From: Podarcis filfolensis
Lineage: Eukaryota
Direction: 5' to 3' (one strand)
Assembly: GCA_964270895.1 (NCBI GenBank)
Contig: OZ185444.1
DNA length: 64,000 bases
Both the position numbers and the translations under genes were made by a program. The stretch's first letter is position 1. Each line of letters opens with the position of its first letter. The notes beneath the pieces are model-generated. The model was not told where the DNA came from. It searched no databases and worked only from the letters and a program-made list of their open reading frames with translations. This document shows, piece by piece, positions 13,828-27,126 of this stretch.

Positions 13828-14073
13828 CAGTCATACCTCGGGTTGAAGTTGCTTCAGGTTGAGCGCTTTCGGGTTGTGCTCCTCGGCGACCCGGAAGTAA
13901 CGAAATGCGTTACTTCTGGGTTTTGCTACTCGCGCATGTGCAGACGGTCAAAATGACGTCATGCGCGGAAGCGGCAAATTGCGACCCATGCACGTGCAGA
14001 CGCGGGTTACGTTTACATCAGGATGTGAACGGGGCTCCGGAACAGATCCCGTTTGTATCCAGAGGTACCACTG
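13828..14073. mobile_element. Tc1/pogo (Tigger-like) MITE, second family
   Basis: TA|CAGTCATACCTCGGG...GAGGTACCACTG|TA. Confidence 0.8.
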
Positions 14074-15107
14074 TATAACTGACCTACTTTACAATGCTAC
14101 TGGCTTCTTGAAAATTAATAAAATTATTTAATAATAAAAATACAATGTGACTGGTGGGGGGGGGATACCCAACTAACTCATACCCAGAGTGGACCTACTA
14201 AAACAAATGGACCTAAGTCCATTGTTTTCAGTGGGTCTCCTCTGAACATGGCTAACATTCGGTATTATCTGTTGTAAAGATTACTGAGATAATATATGAG
14301 AAGCACTCTGAACTTTAAAAAAAGCTCTAGAGGAAAAAAATATACAAAGCATTATTATTAAACAATGACCTTCTGCCTGATCCTACCCATATTTATTAAA
14401 AGCAGATCCAACAGATTGCAGTAGATACACAGGTGCAAATAATTGCAACCTTGATATCACCTAGAAGCAGTAGCTCACTGAGTCTCCCCCAAAAAGGAAG
14501 TCTCCTTGCCCCCAACAGCCTAATATACCATCTCTAGCCAAGGCAGCCTTGTAAAAGGGGGGAGGGAAAAGGAGGCATAATGAAATATAACACTAATTAC
14601 CCTCTCACAATGAACATTCTGAAGAGACTAATCAACACTGCTTAGTGATTCCAACCCTGAATCACTGGTTCGTGCCTGTTTGCCTGTTTAAATGTGGAAG
14701 CTAAAATTGCAAAAGCTCTTCCTCAATCCGCCATCTCACTATTTAGAGGCACAGATTATGAAGAAAAATCCCTTCCGGCCAAAGATCCCTTTCTAAAATG
14801 TGCCAGCAGGGGGCGCCCCTCTCCCTCCAGCAGCATATACAGCTAAACTGAGTTTTTAGGTGAGCTAGTGAAGGCAACAGACCAAACAGCAGGGTTTTAA
14901 TTGCTCTTTATTTAGTCTTTTAAACTGAAGGACATCATGTCACGAATGTGGGAGATTACAGCTAACACATTCTGTTCATATCAAACAATGCACTGGGCAG
15001 AACCCAAACACTCTGAAGAAAATTCTACCAACTTTATGCTATGCTGCTTATCCCAGACACGGCTCAGCCCTGAAACACATTGTGTGTTTCAATGCACTGC
15101 ATTCACA

Positions 15108-15322
15108 TCCACACTATGCATTTAAAGCACTGTCATATCACTTTAACAGTAACTTCTACCAGGGGTTCATGGGAACTGTAGTTTGTTAAGGGTTCTGGGA
15201 GTTGTAGTTCTGTGAGGGGTAATATCCTAACAACTCTCAGCACCCTCTCAGTTCCCAAAATTCTTTGGGGGAAGCCGTGAGTGTTGAAATGCTATAAGAG
15301 TGCTATAAATGTATGGTGTGGA
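15108..15322. mobile_element. Non-autonomous DNA transposon (MITE); related decayed copy at about 31631-31810
   Basis: Imperfect TIR TCCACACTATGCATTT / AAATGTATGGTGTGGA; internal ACTGTAGTTTGTTAAG(G)GTT..GGGA..TGTGAGGGG shared with the second copy. Confidence 0.65.
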
Positions 15323-15462
15323 ACTTGTAGAAGTGTCTTTCCCTTATCACCATGCCTTCCAGACAGAGGTGAGCTCCAGCACGGCTTGCAGGCCATATTA
15401 AATCTGAACGGGCTACTGCAGCCTCCGACTTTGTGTTCTCTGGATGTTTCGACTACAATTCA

Positions 15463-15777
<315 letters not shown>

Positions 15778-16393
15778 TTATCCATTATGACTGTCTTGGT
15801 TGTGTCTGTATCGGTGTCCAATACAGTACTGTTGTTTTATTATGAAAGTGTGATTTTTAACTGCTATAAATTGCCTTCACATTTGTGAAGGCTGGGATAA
15901 TGATCTTCATATATTTAAAAAATAAACTCAGCATGCCTTTCATTCCTGCAGAAGAATGAAACGCAGGGATTTCCTCATTTTTCTTCTTCTCTGGTTAAAC
16001 TTAAAGCCTCCTTTCAGCTTACACTCACCCCCAAAATTACCTGCAGCAACTTGCTTTGCTCCTTCAAAACACTGTAGTCTCTCAAAAAAAGCATCAGCAA
16101 CATCTGAGTCTCAACATACTACCACCCTGAACAGGCTCTAGATTTTTGATGGAAACTTTAGAGGTGACTACAGATTACCTTGAAGTGCAGTAAATTTCTT
16201 TACATTTTGACAAGGGAAAGTTCTGCACTACAAGCAGTTAAATTATCCGACCTGCAATAACTACTTATTATTATTTATTTCATTTACCAGTTGCTTTTTA
16301 CAGTAAAATGTCTCAAAAGTTTGTAGGGTCCAGGCTGGGAGAGAGGTGGTCCTTGAGGCATTGCGGTCCTGAGCCATAAAGGGCTTTAAAGGT

Positions 16394-16505
16394 CATAGAA
16401 TCATAGAATTGTAAAGTTGGAAGGGGTCCTCACGGTCGTCTAGTCCAGCCCCCGGCAATGCAGGAATTTCAACAAAAGCACCCATGACAAATGGCCACCC
16501 AACTT
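16394..16505 (-). mobile_element. CR1 LINE 3' end
   Basis: CATAGAATCATAGAATT = reverse of the CR1 (ATTCTATG)n tail, followed by GTTGGAAGGG..TCTAGTCCAGCCCC. Confidence 0.8.
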
Positions 16506-17219
16506 TTCAAAAATGAGGGGTGCTAAAAAGTTGTAACATGACTTGGTAATTCAAAAGACATTTTGGTTAAATTAATATAATTTAGCTTCACATGGTACAT
16601 AGAATGTGTGTAAAATTGCATAGAGGTAATTTAAAATGATTGCCAAGTACTTGTGGTTATATTATATGTTAATTTTTTTATTGTCATCATCATTATTATT
16701 AGGCATTACCTCACACTTTCAGAAGGTAAAATTAAAATTCTTTGGTTTTCTTAAAAGCCGTTTATGCGTTTTTTCATCAAACGTAGACTTACCAAGCTAC
16801 ATGTTGTCCAATCACGAAAATATTAGCAGATTTGAATTCCTCACACTCAAAAACATATTTTTAAGATTGCTTCCTGAAGAATTTTGCAAAAATTAAGTTT
16901 TACCCCCTAAAATGACACATCCTAGTGGGACAGTCATCTAGAACAAGGGGTTGTACTATTCGGCCTAGAAAGCCCCACTCCCTGATATCAATACACCCAT
17001 TTCTTGTTCATCTCTGCTTTCTCAGTCCCCTAAACAAAAATTGTCATATTGTAGGAACTCTCAAATTTACAAGCATACATGCAATCTGATAACTTTTTGC
17101 TAATGTTCTCAATGTATTCCAATGTGCAGCATTTAGGATTAATGGGCATGATCCAACTTGCGAAAAGGCAATGATGCAAATTGTGAGTTAAATAAACCCC
17201 CAAACCTAGGCAAGACTCA

Positions 17220-17423
<204 letters not shown>

Positions 17424-17730
17424 TCAAACACTGTCACCCTCCTTTTCTGATAACTATAGCACTAAGTTCCTTCAAGACAAACTCTATTCTCAGTGTATGG
17501 ACCACTGGATGCCCCCAACCACAGGGCTTCTACCACTTGTTTTAGGAAGCTGCTCCACAGCCTGAATAACTTTGCCAGCTGGAAAGATAGCCTAGTGTCC
17601 TAATTCAGCTCCCCAAATCTTTTACAGTTATGCCCTGTTACCAAGAATGCTCTCAAGGCCCATCTGGAACCCTGGGTTGGGACACAGCACAACATGGCAA
17701 GTCTGGAAGCCTATTCCACCAGTGCTCTAG

Positions 17731-18113
17731 CAGAACGCTTCCCAAACTGTGGGTTATGACCTGCAAATGGGTCACAGGCTTTATTATTTTTACTGGGATG
17801 TCTTAAGCCAGGCATAGGCAAACTCGGCCCTCCAGATGTTTTGGGATTACAACTCCCATCATCTCTAGCTAACAGGACCAGTGGTCAGGAATGATGGGAA
17901 TTGTCTTAAAACATCTGGAGGGCCGAGTTTGCCTATACCTGTCTTAAGCAGTGGTAACAAAATAGGCAAACATGTAGTTAGAATGCATGAAACTGATGGC
18001 TGCCAAAGACCTGAGGTCCAAAATTCATTTGACAATAAATCAATGGGTCACCTACCATGCCAGGTAAATTTGGGCTTGTGAGTTGCCATACCAAAAAGGT
18101 TGGGAAACCACTG
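17731..18113. mobile_element. Old hAT-Charlie MITE interrupted by a younger MITE
   Basis: Ends CAGAACGCTTCCCAAACT / GGTTGGGAAACCACTG, both flanked by CTCTAG. Confidence 0.6.
17809..17941. mobile_element. URR1-like hAT MITE with 8-bp TSD
   Basis: TCTTAAGC|CAGGCATAGGCAAACTCGGCCCTCCAGATG...CATCTGGAGGGCCGAGTTTGCCTATACCTG|TCTTAAGC. Confidence 0.92.
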
Positions 18114-18169
18114 CTCTAGCACTTGCACTGCCAAATGAATTTCCCTAGCAAACTGAAATCTACTAATAA

Positions 18170-18450
18170 GGCCTTGATACAGATTCCAACTACTGTGGAG
18201 GTGAGCATATTCTCTACAATAAGCAGGGCCTTCTCTGTTGCAGCCCCAATTCTTTGGAATGCCCTTCCACAAGAGGTGCATGCAGCCTCCTCTCTACTGT
18301 CCTTTTAAAAGACAAGCTAAAACCTCCCCTTTTGAAAAGGAAAAGAGAGCCTTCCATTGCTGTGTTGCTAATTCTCTGTTCTGTTACTTCTCTTGGGCTG
18401 CTTTTATCAATAATGCTTTTAATGTAAGTTTTCAAATTAAATTATGTTTT
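18170..18450 (+). mobile_element. Decayed L2 LINE 3' fragment
   Basis: ORF 18123-18308 ends RAFSVAAPILWNALPQEV, the L2 ORF2 C-terminal motif. Confidence 0.75.
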
Positions 18451-18541
18451 GCACAATAGATCTGAAACCTGCTTGAATAGCTGCATATCAGTGTTAAAAA
18501 GTAAGTACTGTACATAACATATTATAATGGTGTTGCTTTCA

Positions 18542-18841
<300 letters not shown>

Positions 18842-19165
18842 TCAGAATAATTTATATTTGCTTGTGTGTGTGTATGGATGTGCTATTGTGCACACGTGTG
18901 ATGAGCAGGTGAGGGAATTGCTTTTAACGAAGAACTTTGTGCCCTTAACTCTGTTAGCTTCCGTTTCTCTAGCACCTTTCTAGGTAAAAATGTGATTGTG
19001 GGAGAAAAGGGGGCATTACCTCCAACACCAGAAGTGTTTACACAGTTTACAACACAGTTTAGCACACAGTTTACAATATGGATATTCAAAGTCATCTTGA
19101 TTTGATATTCTTGTTTAAAAACAAAATTTAAGCTACTCTGAGCACTTTCCTGGGGACCCTTCTTA

Positions 19166-19330
<165 letters not shown>

Positions 19331-19822
19331 TCAACACAGAAGGTTCAAGGTTGGCAAACAGATTCACCACAATAGGACAAGGACAGATATGGGGACATCT
19401 TCTATTGGAGCATCATCCTCTTGGTGTAAGACACTGCGAGTTTCCGAAGAGCTCAGACATCTTTATCCAGTAGAAAGGAGAAAATAGCTAGATCTATTAT
19501 AGAGAGTGCAGAACAGTCCAGACGTTTTTAGGCTTATCCAAAAGCAGAGACTAGTTTACAAGGCCAACAAGTCTGAAACGCACCGCCAAAAAACAGGAAG
19601 GGGATGCACATCTCTCTCTCTCTCTCTGTGTGCCATGAAGGCACTCCTTCACCTTGCATCCACATCTATATAGTGGTTATACATTCATTCTTCTCTTTCA
19701 GCTGGCATATTCTATTCAACCAGAAATACTTTTGTGCATGGTTCTGATGAACTTCCTATTCACCTTGAGGTTTGAAGCAAGCAACAGCCTCTTACTTCCT
19801 CTGCCCACTTGCCAGCACTTAC

Positions 19823-19946
19823 CATCCTGGCCAGTTGGCGTTCCATCTGCCAGCTGCCCTGTCCCCTGCGTATGGAGAAAAGCCCCAATTTTTGCAGACC
19901 AGGCTGCCTTGTGCAAGACTTTGGCTTTTTTTGTAGGTGGTTTGCC
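19823..19946 (-). CDS. L3MBTL2: L3MBTL2 exon 4
   Basis: GKPPTKKAKVLHKAAWSAKIGAFLHTQGTGQLADGTPTGQD; tcacag| and |gtaagt. Confidence 0.97.
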
Positions 19947-20528
19947 CTGTGAAAGTGTGACAAGACAAAACAAAACAATAAGGAGATGTTAATTCCCAAT
20001 AGCCTTCCAGTGACACAAGGGACAGACAAATCTTGCTGCCTGTGATAGATTTGCAGGTTAAATGGATCAAACCAAAAGGGCAGCTTTAACGAGTACAAGA
20101 AAGTCTTGTGGCACTGAAACGGCTTACAAGTAGCTTTCCTAAATGAGAAGTAACTTTGTTATCTGTATATAAAGAGATGTGGCATGATATTGCTTCTCTC
20201 ATCAGACTATTGCTTCTCTCATCAGATGTATCTGACAAAATTACTCCTGGCCTAGGAAAGCTCATGCAACTGTATGTTTTGCAGTTTTCCAAAGGTGCCA
20301 GAGAATTCTTTTTGCCATTCAAACGGAAAAGGAGCGCAATGCAGAACTTTCTGCTACTTTCACAAGACGATGACAAAAACAACTATTAATCTTTCCCTTG
20401 CTTTTTATACACGTGCTCAGAGTGGTCGACATGATTTAACAGTTGGAAAATATGGAACTCTGTCCCTGAAAGGCTCACTCCAAGTTATGGAGAAGGAAAT
20501 GATATCAAGAACAGAAAGAACTAACTTA

Positions 20529-21078
20529 CCGTATTTTTCGCCCTATAGGACGCACTTTTTCCCCTCCAAAAATGAAGGGGAAATGTGTGTGCGTCCTATG
20601 GGGCGAATGCAGGCTTTCGCTGAAGCCTGGAGAGTGAGAGGGGAGAGCCCCAGTGCCAGCCCCACAAGGTCGGGGGACAGAGGGAGGCGGAACGCCGCCA
20701 TCCCGCTGTCTCCCGAAGTGGTTTGGAGGCTAACGGCGGGGAGACCCCGCCACCAGCCCCGCAAGCTCCGGGGACAGTGGGGAGGCGCAGCGCGTCTCCC
20801 CGCTGTCCCCGGACCTGATCTGAAGGCGGGCGGCGGGGAGAAGAGCGCTTCTCCCCGCTGCCTGCCCCGCAAGCTCCGGGGACAGCGGGGAGGCGCAGCG
20901 CGTCTCCCCGCTGTCCCCGGACCTGGTCTGAAGGCGGGCGGCGGGGAGAAGAGCGCTTCTCCCCGCTGCCGGCACCACAAGCGCCTGGGGGGGATATAAA
21001 TTTTTTTTCCTTTATTTCCCCCCCAAAAAACTTGATGCGTCCTATGGGCCGGTGCGTCCTATGGGGCGAAAAACACGG
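20529..21078. mobile_element. Young GC-rich Tc1/pogo-type MITE with internal 108-bp tandem duplication
   Basis: TA|CCGTATTTTTCGCCCTATAGGACGCAC...GTGCGTCCTATGGGGCGAAAAACACGG|TA; repeat units start at 20757 and 20865. Confidence 0.88.
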
Positions 21079-21810
21079 TATTTCCTAAAACCTACCCGAT
21101 TCCTTCATTTTCTTTTGAGGAATCCCTCTTCTCCTCCAACTCACTCTCTTATCTTTGAACTATGCTGTGTCCTGTCAACTAGTGGGACCATCCTTTTTCT
21201 CCCTTCTGGTGCCTCCTCTCATACAAGAAATGCTTGCAAAAGATCACACTCTTTTTATTCTAAATTTTGAAATAAACCACCACCCCTGGTGTCACATTCA
21301 CAATTTCTTAATTGTACAATATTAGAGATTCCAAATAAGGCTTACTTATACAAGATTGTGTGTTTTTGAGAGATTAGTCAATCTGGAATAACCACCACTC
21401 TGTGGTTTTTTCATTACAATCACTGACAATGTTTGCTTTTTAAATCACACTCCACAAAAGCAAGCATTGGAAAGGGCCTCTTCAGTAACCTGTTTGCAAA
21501 TATGAAACAGCATTTAAAGGGCAACTCTTCTGTGCTAAGTGATCTTTAATATGCTGGTGCATGTGGGTGTGCAATTCTATGGGGAAAGCATGGCTTTTCC
21601 AACCTCAACTCTCCCCTCCCCTGCCAAAAGCTGCTTCCAAATAATTAGTTGCCCAGTGTGGCTGTCTGCTAGGTGCCTCCTAGCACCTAAAGTCCCTGCT
21701 TCACGGGAGAATGGCTTTTCAAATATCCCTGCCAGGCCTCCAGCACTGCTCACTGTTATTTTCATGCCTCATTTAGCAAACAGCAGCCTCGTTAAGTGGG
21801 CCTTGCTCAC

Positions 21811-21944
21811 CTGCAGCCTTGCCAGGATGCTGGCCTTCTTGGAATTTGAAGAGTAGCTTCTGGAGCAGGAGACGCTGCAGAAACGTTTGGTCTTGGAGAA
21901 GAAGGCATCTTTTGTGCCCACAATCCCACACATCTCACAGACAG
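21811..21944 (-). CDS. L3MBTL2: L3MBTL2 exon 3 (FCS zinc finger)
   Basis: AVCEMCGIVGTKDAFFSKTKRFCSVSCSRSYSSNSKKASILARLQ; cctcag| and |gtgagc. Confidence 0.97.
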
Positions 21945-24296
21945 CTGAGGGGGCACAAATACAATAGGCCTCAGCAGCAGGAAGCAATTCAGTTCCACCA
22001 GAAAAGCCCAAGGCTACCAACAGGGATGATTAAACTTAGGTTGACTGGGAGCCACCTCCTCCTCCAAGCTAGGAGGAACTGTTTATGTCTCACCCACCCC
22101 CAAAGCAAGGGGTGAACCTAGGGGGAATCCTAGAGCCAGTTGGCATGTAAGAAGGGAGGCAGCAACAAAGGGGGAAGTAAAGGGGCATTTGTTGCTACTG
22201 ACACAAACTGCTCTTGTCCTGGCATTTCAACTAGCGGATCAGAAGGAGAGAGCAGAGCCCATAGTGTGCTTTAGGATCCCAAAGAGAGAGACCTGAAGGA
22301 GTTAGAGAGTGCCAGTTATTGCACTGGCCACTAGGAGCATCAACCAAGTTGGATAAAAAGCACAAAGCTGGCAGTACTGCATTGCATTGCATTGCATTGC
22401 ACAGTATTGACTATAAAGCAGAGAGATAAACTACTTCCATTAGCTGGGGGCATGGCACTCAAGAGGGAACCTGTACGTCCAATAGCAATTGCATTGGTTG
22501 ACCCAAACATCACACAAGCACACCCTATGAGGCTGCCCAAAAGCACCTCTGTATGGCAGTGCTCTAACACAGGAAATGTGTTACAATGCAGATAGGATCC
22601 TGATTGCAGAATTTTGTCTTGAAGCTAGACTTAAATAAATTCCACCACAAAAGCTGCGACCTAATGGACTGGAAAGAGCCTCTACTCCACCCTCTCATTT
22701 TGGACACAAAGGATGGCTAGCTTTTGGGTCCTCTGGGTATATGCACGCACACGCACACAAACACACAAACACACAAACATTCTCTTTCTCTCTCTTTCTG
22801 CCACCATCTTCTCTCTCTCCTGGGACACCCCACTTTCTCTTCTGGCCATTCCGTTTTCATACATGCACAGTCCCATAGCTCACTTCCTCTTCCTTCCTAC
22901 CCACTTGGTCACTCTACTTTCTAATTCTTTTAAATATTTATTGAATTTTATAACAATTAATGATACAAATCTTATTCATCATGTTATTTACAATTATTCT
23001 CCCTCCCCTCCTCTGGACTTCCCTCAACTCCCCCTCTGCTGAGATATTTATTTAGTTTTATTTGTCATATCCTTTCACAGCTTAATTTGAGTAACAGATA
23101 TTTTAGAGAAATGATAAGGGATTTTATTTTTGTGTAGGCCACTCTACTTTCTGTTCAGCTTCTCATTTGTCAATCTGAGTCTTGAAAAGCACACAGAGTA
23201 GAAAGAGAAAGAGAAAAGATTGCCATTCTTTCAACTTCCTCCTTTGCTTCTATGTACTTTCCAAGGGGGAAACCAGAAAGCATCTAAGCCACCTCATGAT
23301 GAAGGGAGCAGAGAGCAGGAGGCACCACTGCAACCTTGGGCACCATGCTGGTAACCCCAACTGTATCAAGCTCCATTGTGATATCACCATTCCACAATTT
23401 TCAAGAAAGGTTTGTAGTTCATCATGAGGAATTGCTAGATACGGTCTGGTACACTCAGCTGTGTACATATAACCCACCTTGTGGGAGCTGCACTGGTCCC
23501 GTTTCATGATTTTCGGACACACTACCCAAAATGTACAAGTCTGGCCCTGCACACGTCTCCTCTCAACACAAACCTTCTTACTAAGGAAGCTTAACATCAG
23601 GAATACGATAAGAACAAATTATCAAGATTGTACGTTTTTTAAAAAATGTTTATTTCTCAAATGGATTTTGAGTACAAAATTTGAATTTTCTGGGCAGAAG
23701 CTTTGCTTGCGAAACAATATAGAATAATTGAATTGTTTAATTTCATGGTTTTTTAATAAGACATATATTTTCAGGCTGCATTGTTTTAAAGCTACCATTA
23801 AAAACAAGTGTAAAAATTTAAACGCAATTTAATGTTCAAATTATAACATACAGTATTTCTACATACGAGTTTCCATAACTGCACTGAATTCATGGAAAAT
23901 GTATGTCAAAATCTTTAGCCAAACTTTTTTTAAAAAAACAACAGTTTGTTTGAAATTGTTTTCTTGGGGGCAAGGCCCCTGTAGATTTAAAAAGTGGGCA
24001 GAACTGCATGATAGTGAAATTCTGAATTCTTCCATCTTTACACACCACTGTTTTTTCATGCAATACCATATGGCTAGGCATACTCCGTATATGCAATACT
24101 TCCTCACCATGTCTGTATGAGATAATATATCACACACACTCTCCCTATTAAAAAGCTGGTATTATATTTATTTTTGGCTCATCCTCCAAGTGTAGTATAT
24201 TCCATCAACTATCTCTACCCCCCCCCACTCTAGAAAGACTAAAGCTGCTTTGTATTCAATCATTTACAGCCTTCCTTTGCCACAAAACACCAGTAC

Positions 24297-24555
24297 CTGG
24301 CTCAGAACCACTTTCATCTGGCAATCGGCTGGTAGGTTTTTGGGCCTGTGGAGGCAATGTAGGCAGTTCCCCAGCTTCTCGATCTGCTGCTTCATTCTCA
24401 CTAGAGTCTTCCAGGAAGGAGGTACTGCCACTCTCTCCACTGCTGCTGTAACGCCGGCAGCTATCATAACCCCCAAAGAGATCCAAGTCATCATCCACTT
24501 GCTCCTCATTCTTCTGCTCCAAGGATGAGGACTTGCAATGGGCCGGAGACTCCAA
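24297..24555 (-). CDS. L3MBTL2: L3MBTL2 exon 2 (acidic N-terminus)
   Basis: gctag|TTG; DDDLDLFGGYDS..DREAGELP..GSEP matches recalled human DDDLELFGGYDS..DREAGELP; donor G|gtactg. Confidence 0.92.
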
Positions 24556-27009
24556 CTAGCAGCAAAACAGACCGGAGTATATTTGAAACACCCACAGGCA
24601 TGATTGGTGGGAAAGAGGTATTCAGTTCACATATATCAGAGGCAGAATCATTTGAGCAGGCTATTTGCCAAGGAAGTGTTGGTACTTCCACTAATAATGA
24701 GGTTCCATACTCTCTCAATATGCTCCCCTTAAAATATTACATATTTATTTAAAATACTGTGATGTTTCCTTTAAGCCCAAGCAGCTAACAACAACAACAA
24801 CAAACTAGAACAATTTAAAACCAACACATATCAAATACAGTATCAAGTGAAAATATTTTTCAGGCAGTAAGTGGAAGAGTAAACTGGAAGAGCTGCAGAA
24901 AAGGACAAGCAAATTATCAGATGCTGGACTAGATAGGCCTTAGGTCTGACCCAGCAGAGATCTTCTTTGGTTCTTAACAAAAAGAAAGTTAATTGGACAA
25001 ACAAATAATATACGTTAAAATTCCAGGAGAATGGAAGCGTTTTCAACTGGTGCTAAAAAGGCAGAGTCAAGTCCAGCCAAGTTTGCTAGGTAAGGTGGGA
25101 TATATATGACTAACAACATGAAAATGCATCTCTGTTCATTTATCCTGTGCTTTAAAATCTTTAATCCTGAAGTCATGATAACTCTCAAAATTTTAGGATT
25201 GACTTTTTGAGGTCTTTAGTAAGCACCACATAAATTACATTAGGCACAATCAGAAAACAGTGATGTGGTAGTAGTGGGCAATTGCACAAAAACAAGAAGA
25301 AAAAGTAAAACTGATGTACATCCTAAGGAGTACACAAAATCAAGCTAGAATAATGGGGGGTGGTGATATAACTGTATATCATTTCAGTTTTCTTTGACGT
25401 TTCATAACTTCAATCTTTGCTAGCATTTTCTACTTTTTCTTTCTTTCAGGGAACACTGTCTATGTTGATGTATCTTCTCCTGCGAACTCCTGAGCATCTG
25501 CTGTGGAATTTCTGCATATTGCAGAGGATTCTGGGGAATTCTCAATAGCTTGTCTCAAGTCCATTTGAAGCTATACCCTGGTCCATTGGGCGTAGACGTC
25601 ACCCTGACTTCATTCCTGCCCCTCTCCTAGGCCGTGCATTATACGAGATAATCTCTAAGTGCAGACATGTTACCTTTCAGGATTGCCAGAATTGCTAAAA
25701 TTGCCCGGAGGGCCAGATCAGAACACACTTTTAAACCCACTGACCTGTGCAATCCTTTCTACACATCGGAAATTTAGGGGCAAAGCAGACAGAATGTTAA
25801 ACACAGTTGGCAAAAAGAGAGAGAGATAACTGTACATTTAGTCCCCCCTCCTACTTGCTGGATTCAAGCAATGTTAGGACACTGTAGGCAGAAATGTATG
25901 AGGGGAAACCCCAGTGAAGCAAACAAGTGAGTTAAAAAGACTTTGGGGGTATGTGGCCATGACTATAGCTCAGCCCTGTAAAGACAGGAGGTAAACAGTG
26001 AAGCACAAAGATGTTAAGCAACTTTGTGAGTTTAGCAACATACTGAGGAAGCCAGTGCAGTCAAACATCCTACCACCTTGGTTTTTCTTTCTAATTCAAG
26101 AAGATTGCAATGTCAAGCAGGCAGCAGATACCCATAGTATCTGCCCACTTCAATTTGGGGTGAAAACAATCTGACCACATCCAGTAGAGATTACTCCAAG
26201 CAGATTAGTCCAATCTTAACCACTTTTTGCAAGTATAACCATCAGGACATTTCCCACCTATGTTCAATGCATGTTTATGGGAGAATAAAAAACATAATCT
26301 AAGTTACAGCTTATGAATATAAAGCCCCAGCAAATAGCTATTATAGACTAAGTAGTTATTCAACAGGAAGGACATGTATTATTATTTTTTGCATATTTGT
26401 TGTGAGGGATCAAACAATATGCTGTATTGATTAAGTCCATTTACCCAACAAGCCACCAAATCACTACTGAGTTCATGAAGTTCTTTGCCTACAATATGAC
26501 TACTCATCCAGCCATAATGCACCCTACAGCTGGAACCACCACACCATAAATATCAAATTCCATTTCCTGTCTGAGCTCCACCCTCTTCCACAAAGCATTC
26601 CTTTAATCCCAAGAATCACCAGTTCTACACACCTAACCAATTAGCATCTTCCAATCAATGTTGCATTAGCAAATCCAACCCTTATTCCCATCTATTGTGT
26701 GATCAGATCCTACAATACATTTAAACTGTAAGTTGCCCCACTGTGTTAAGGGGCACTTGCTCTTAAATTTGCACAGGATTGCAGATTAGTGAACTCACCA
26801 ACCTTTGGGCCCAATCTGGAGAAACTGTCATGGTCAGCATGCAACAAAGCACACACCAAAACTAATTCTACTGACTACAGTCCAATTTCAGTGGAAGGAT
26901 GGGGCCATGTGGGGGCCAAGGAAGACCTATCCTGGTCCAGCCACAGGCACAAAACTGGCGACTCCTGAACTATACTGATGGTGCTCAAACAAATACCAGT
27001 AGCTGGATG

Positions 27010-27126
27010 CATGCACACGAAAGCTTACACCAATAACAAACGTAGTTGGTTTCTAAGCTGCTACTGGAAGGAATTTTTTTATTTTGTTTCGACTATGGCA
27101 GACCAACATGGCTACCTACCTGTAAA
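27010..27126. mobile_element. Penelope-like retroelement end fragment with 13-bp flanking duplication
   Basis: TGCACACGAAAGCTTA..CTAAG..GCTACTGG..GGCAGACCAACATGGCTACC; CAGTAGCTGGATG at 26997-27009 and 27127-27139. Confidence 0.75.

Noticed and set aside
20274-20999. 241-aa + strand ORF and overlapping - strand ORFs with a repeated 36-aa unit
   Set aside because: They lie within a GC-rich MITE; the repeat is the 108-bp duplication, GC-rich DNA lacks stops, and there is no transposase motif.
25300-25720. Coding-looking stretch in L3MBTL2 intron 1 (MDLRQAIENSPES..)
   Set aside because: In-frame stop after 34 codons and no compatible splice sites or homology.
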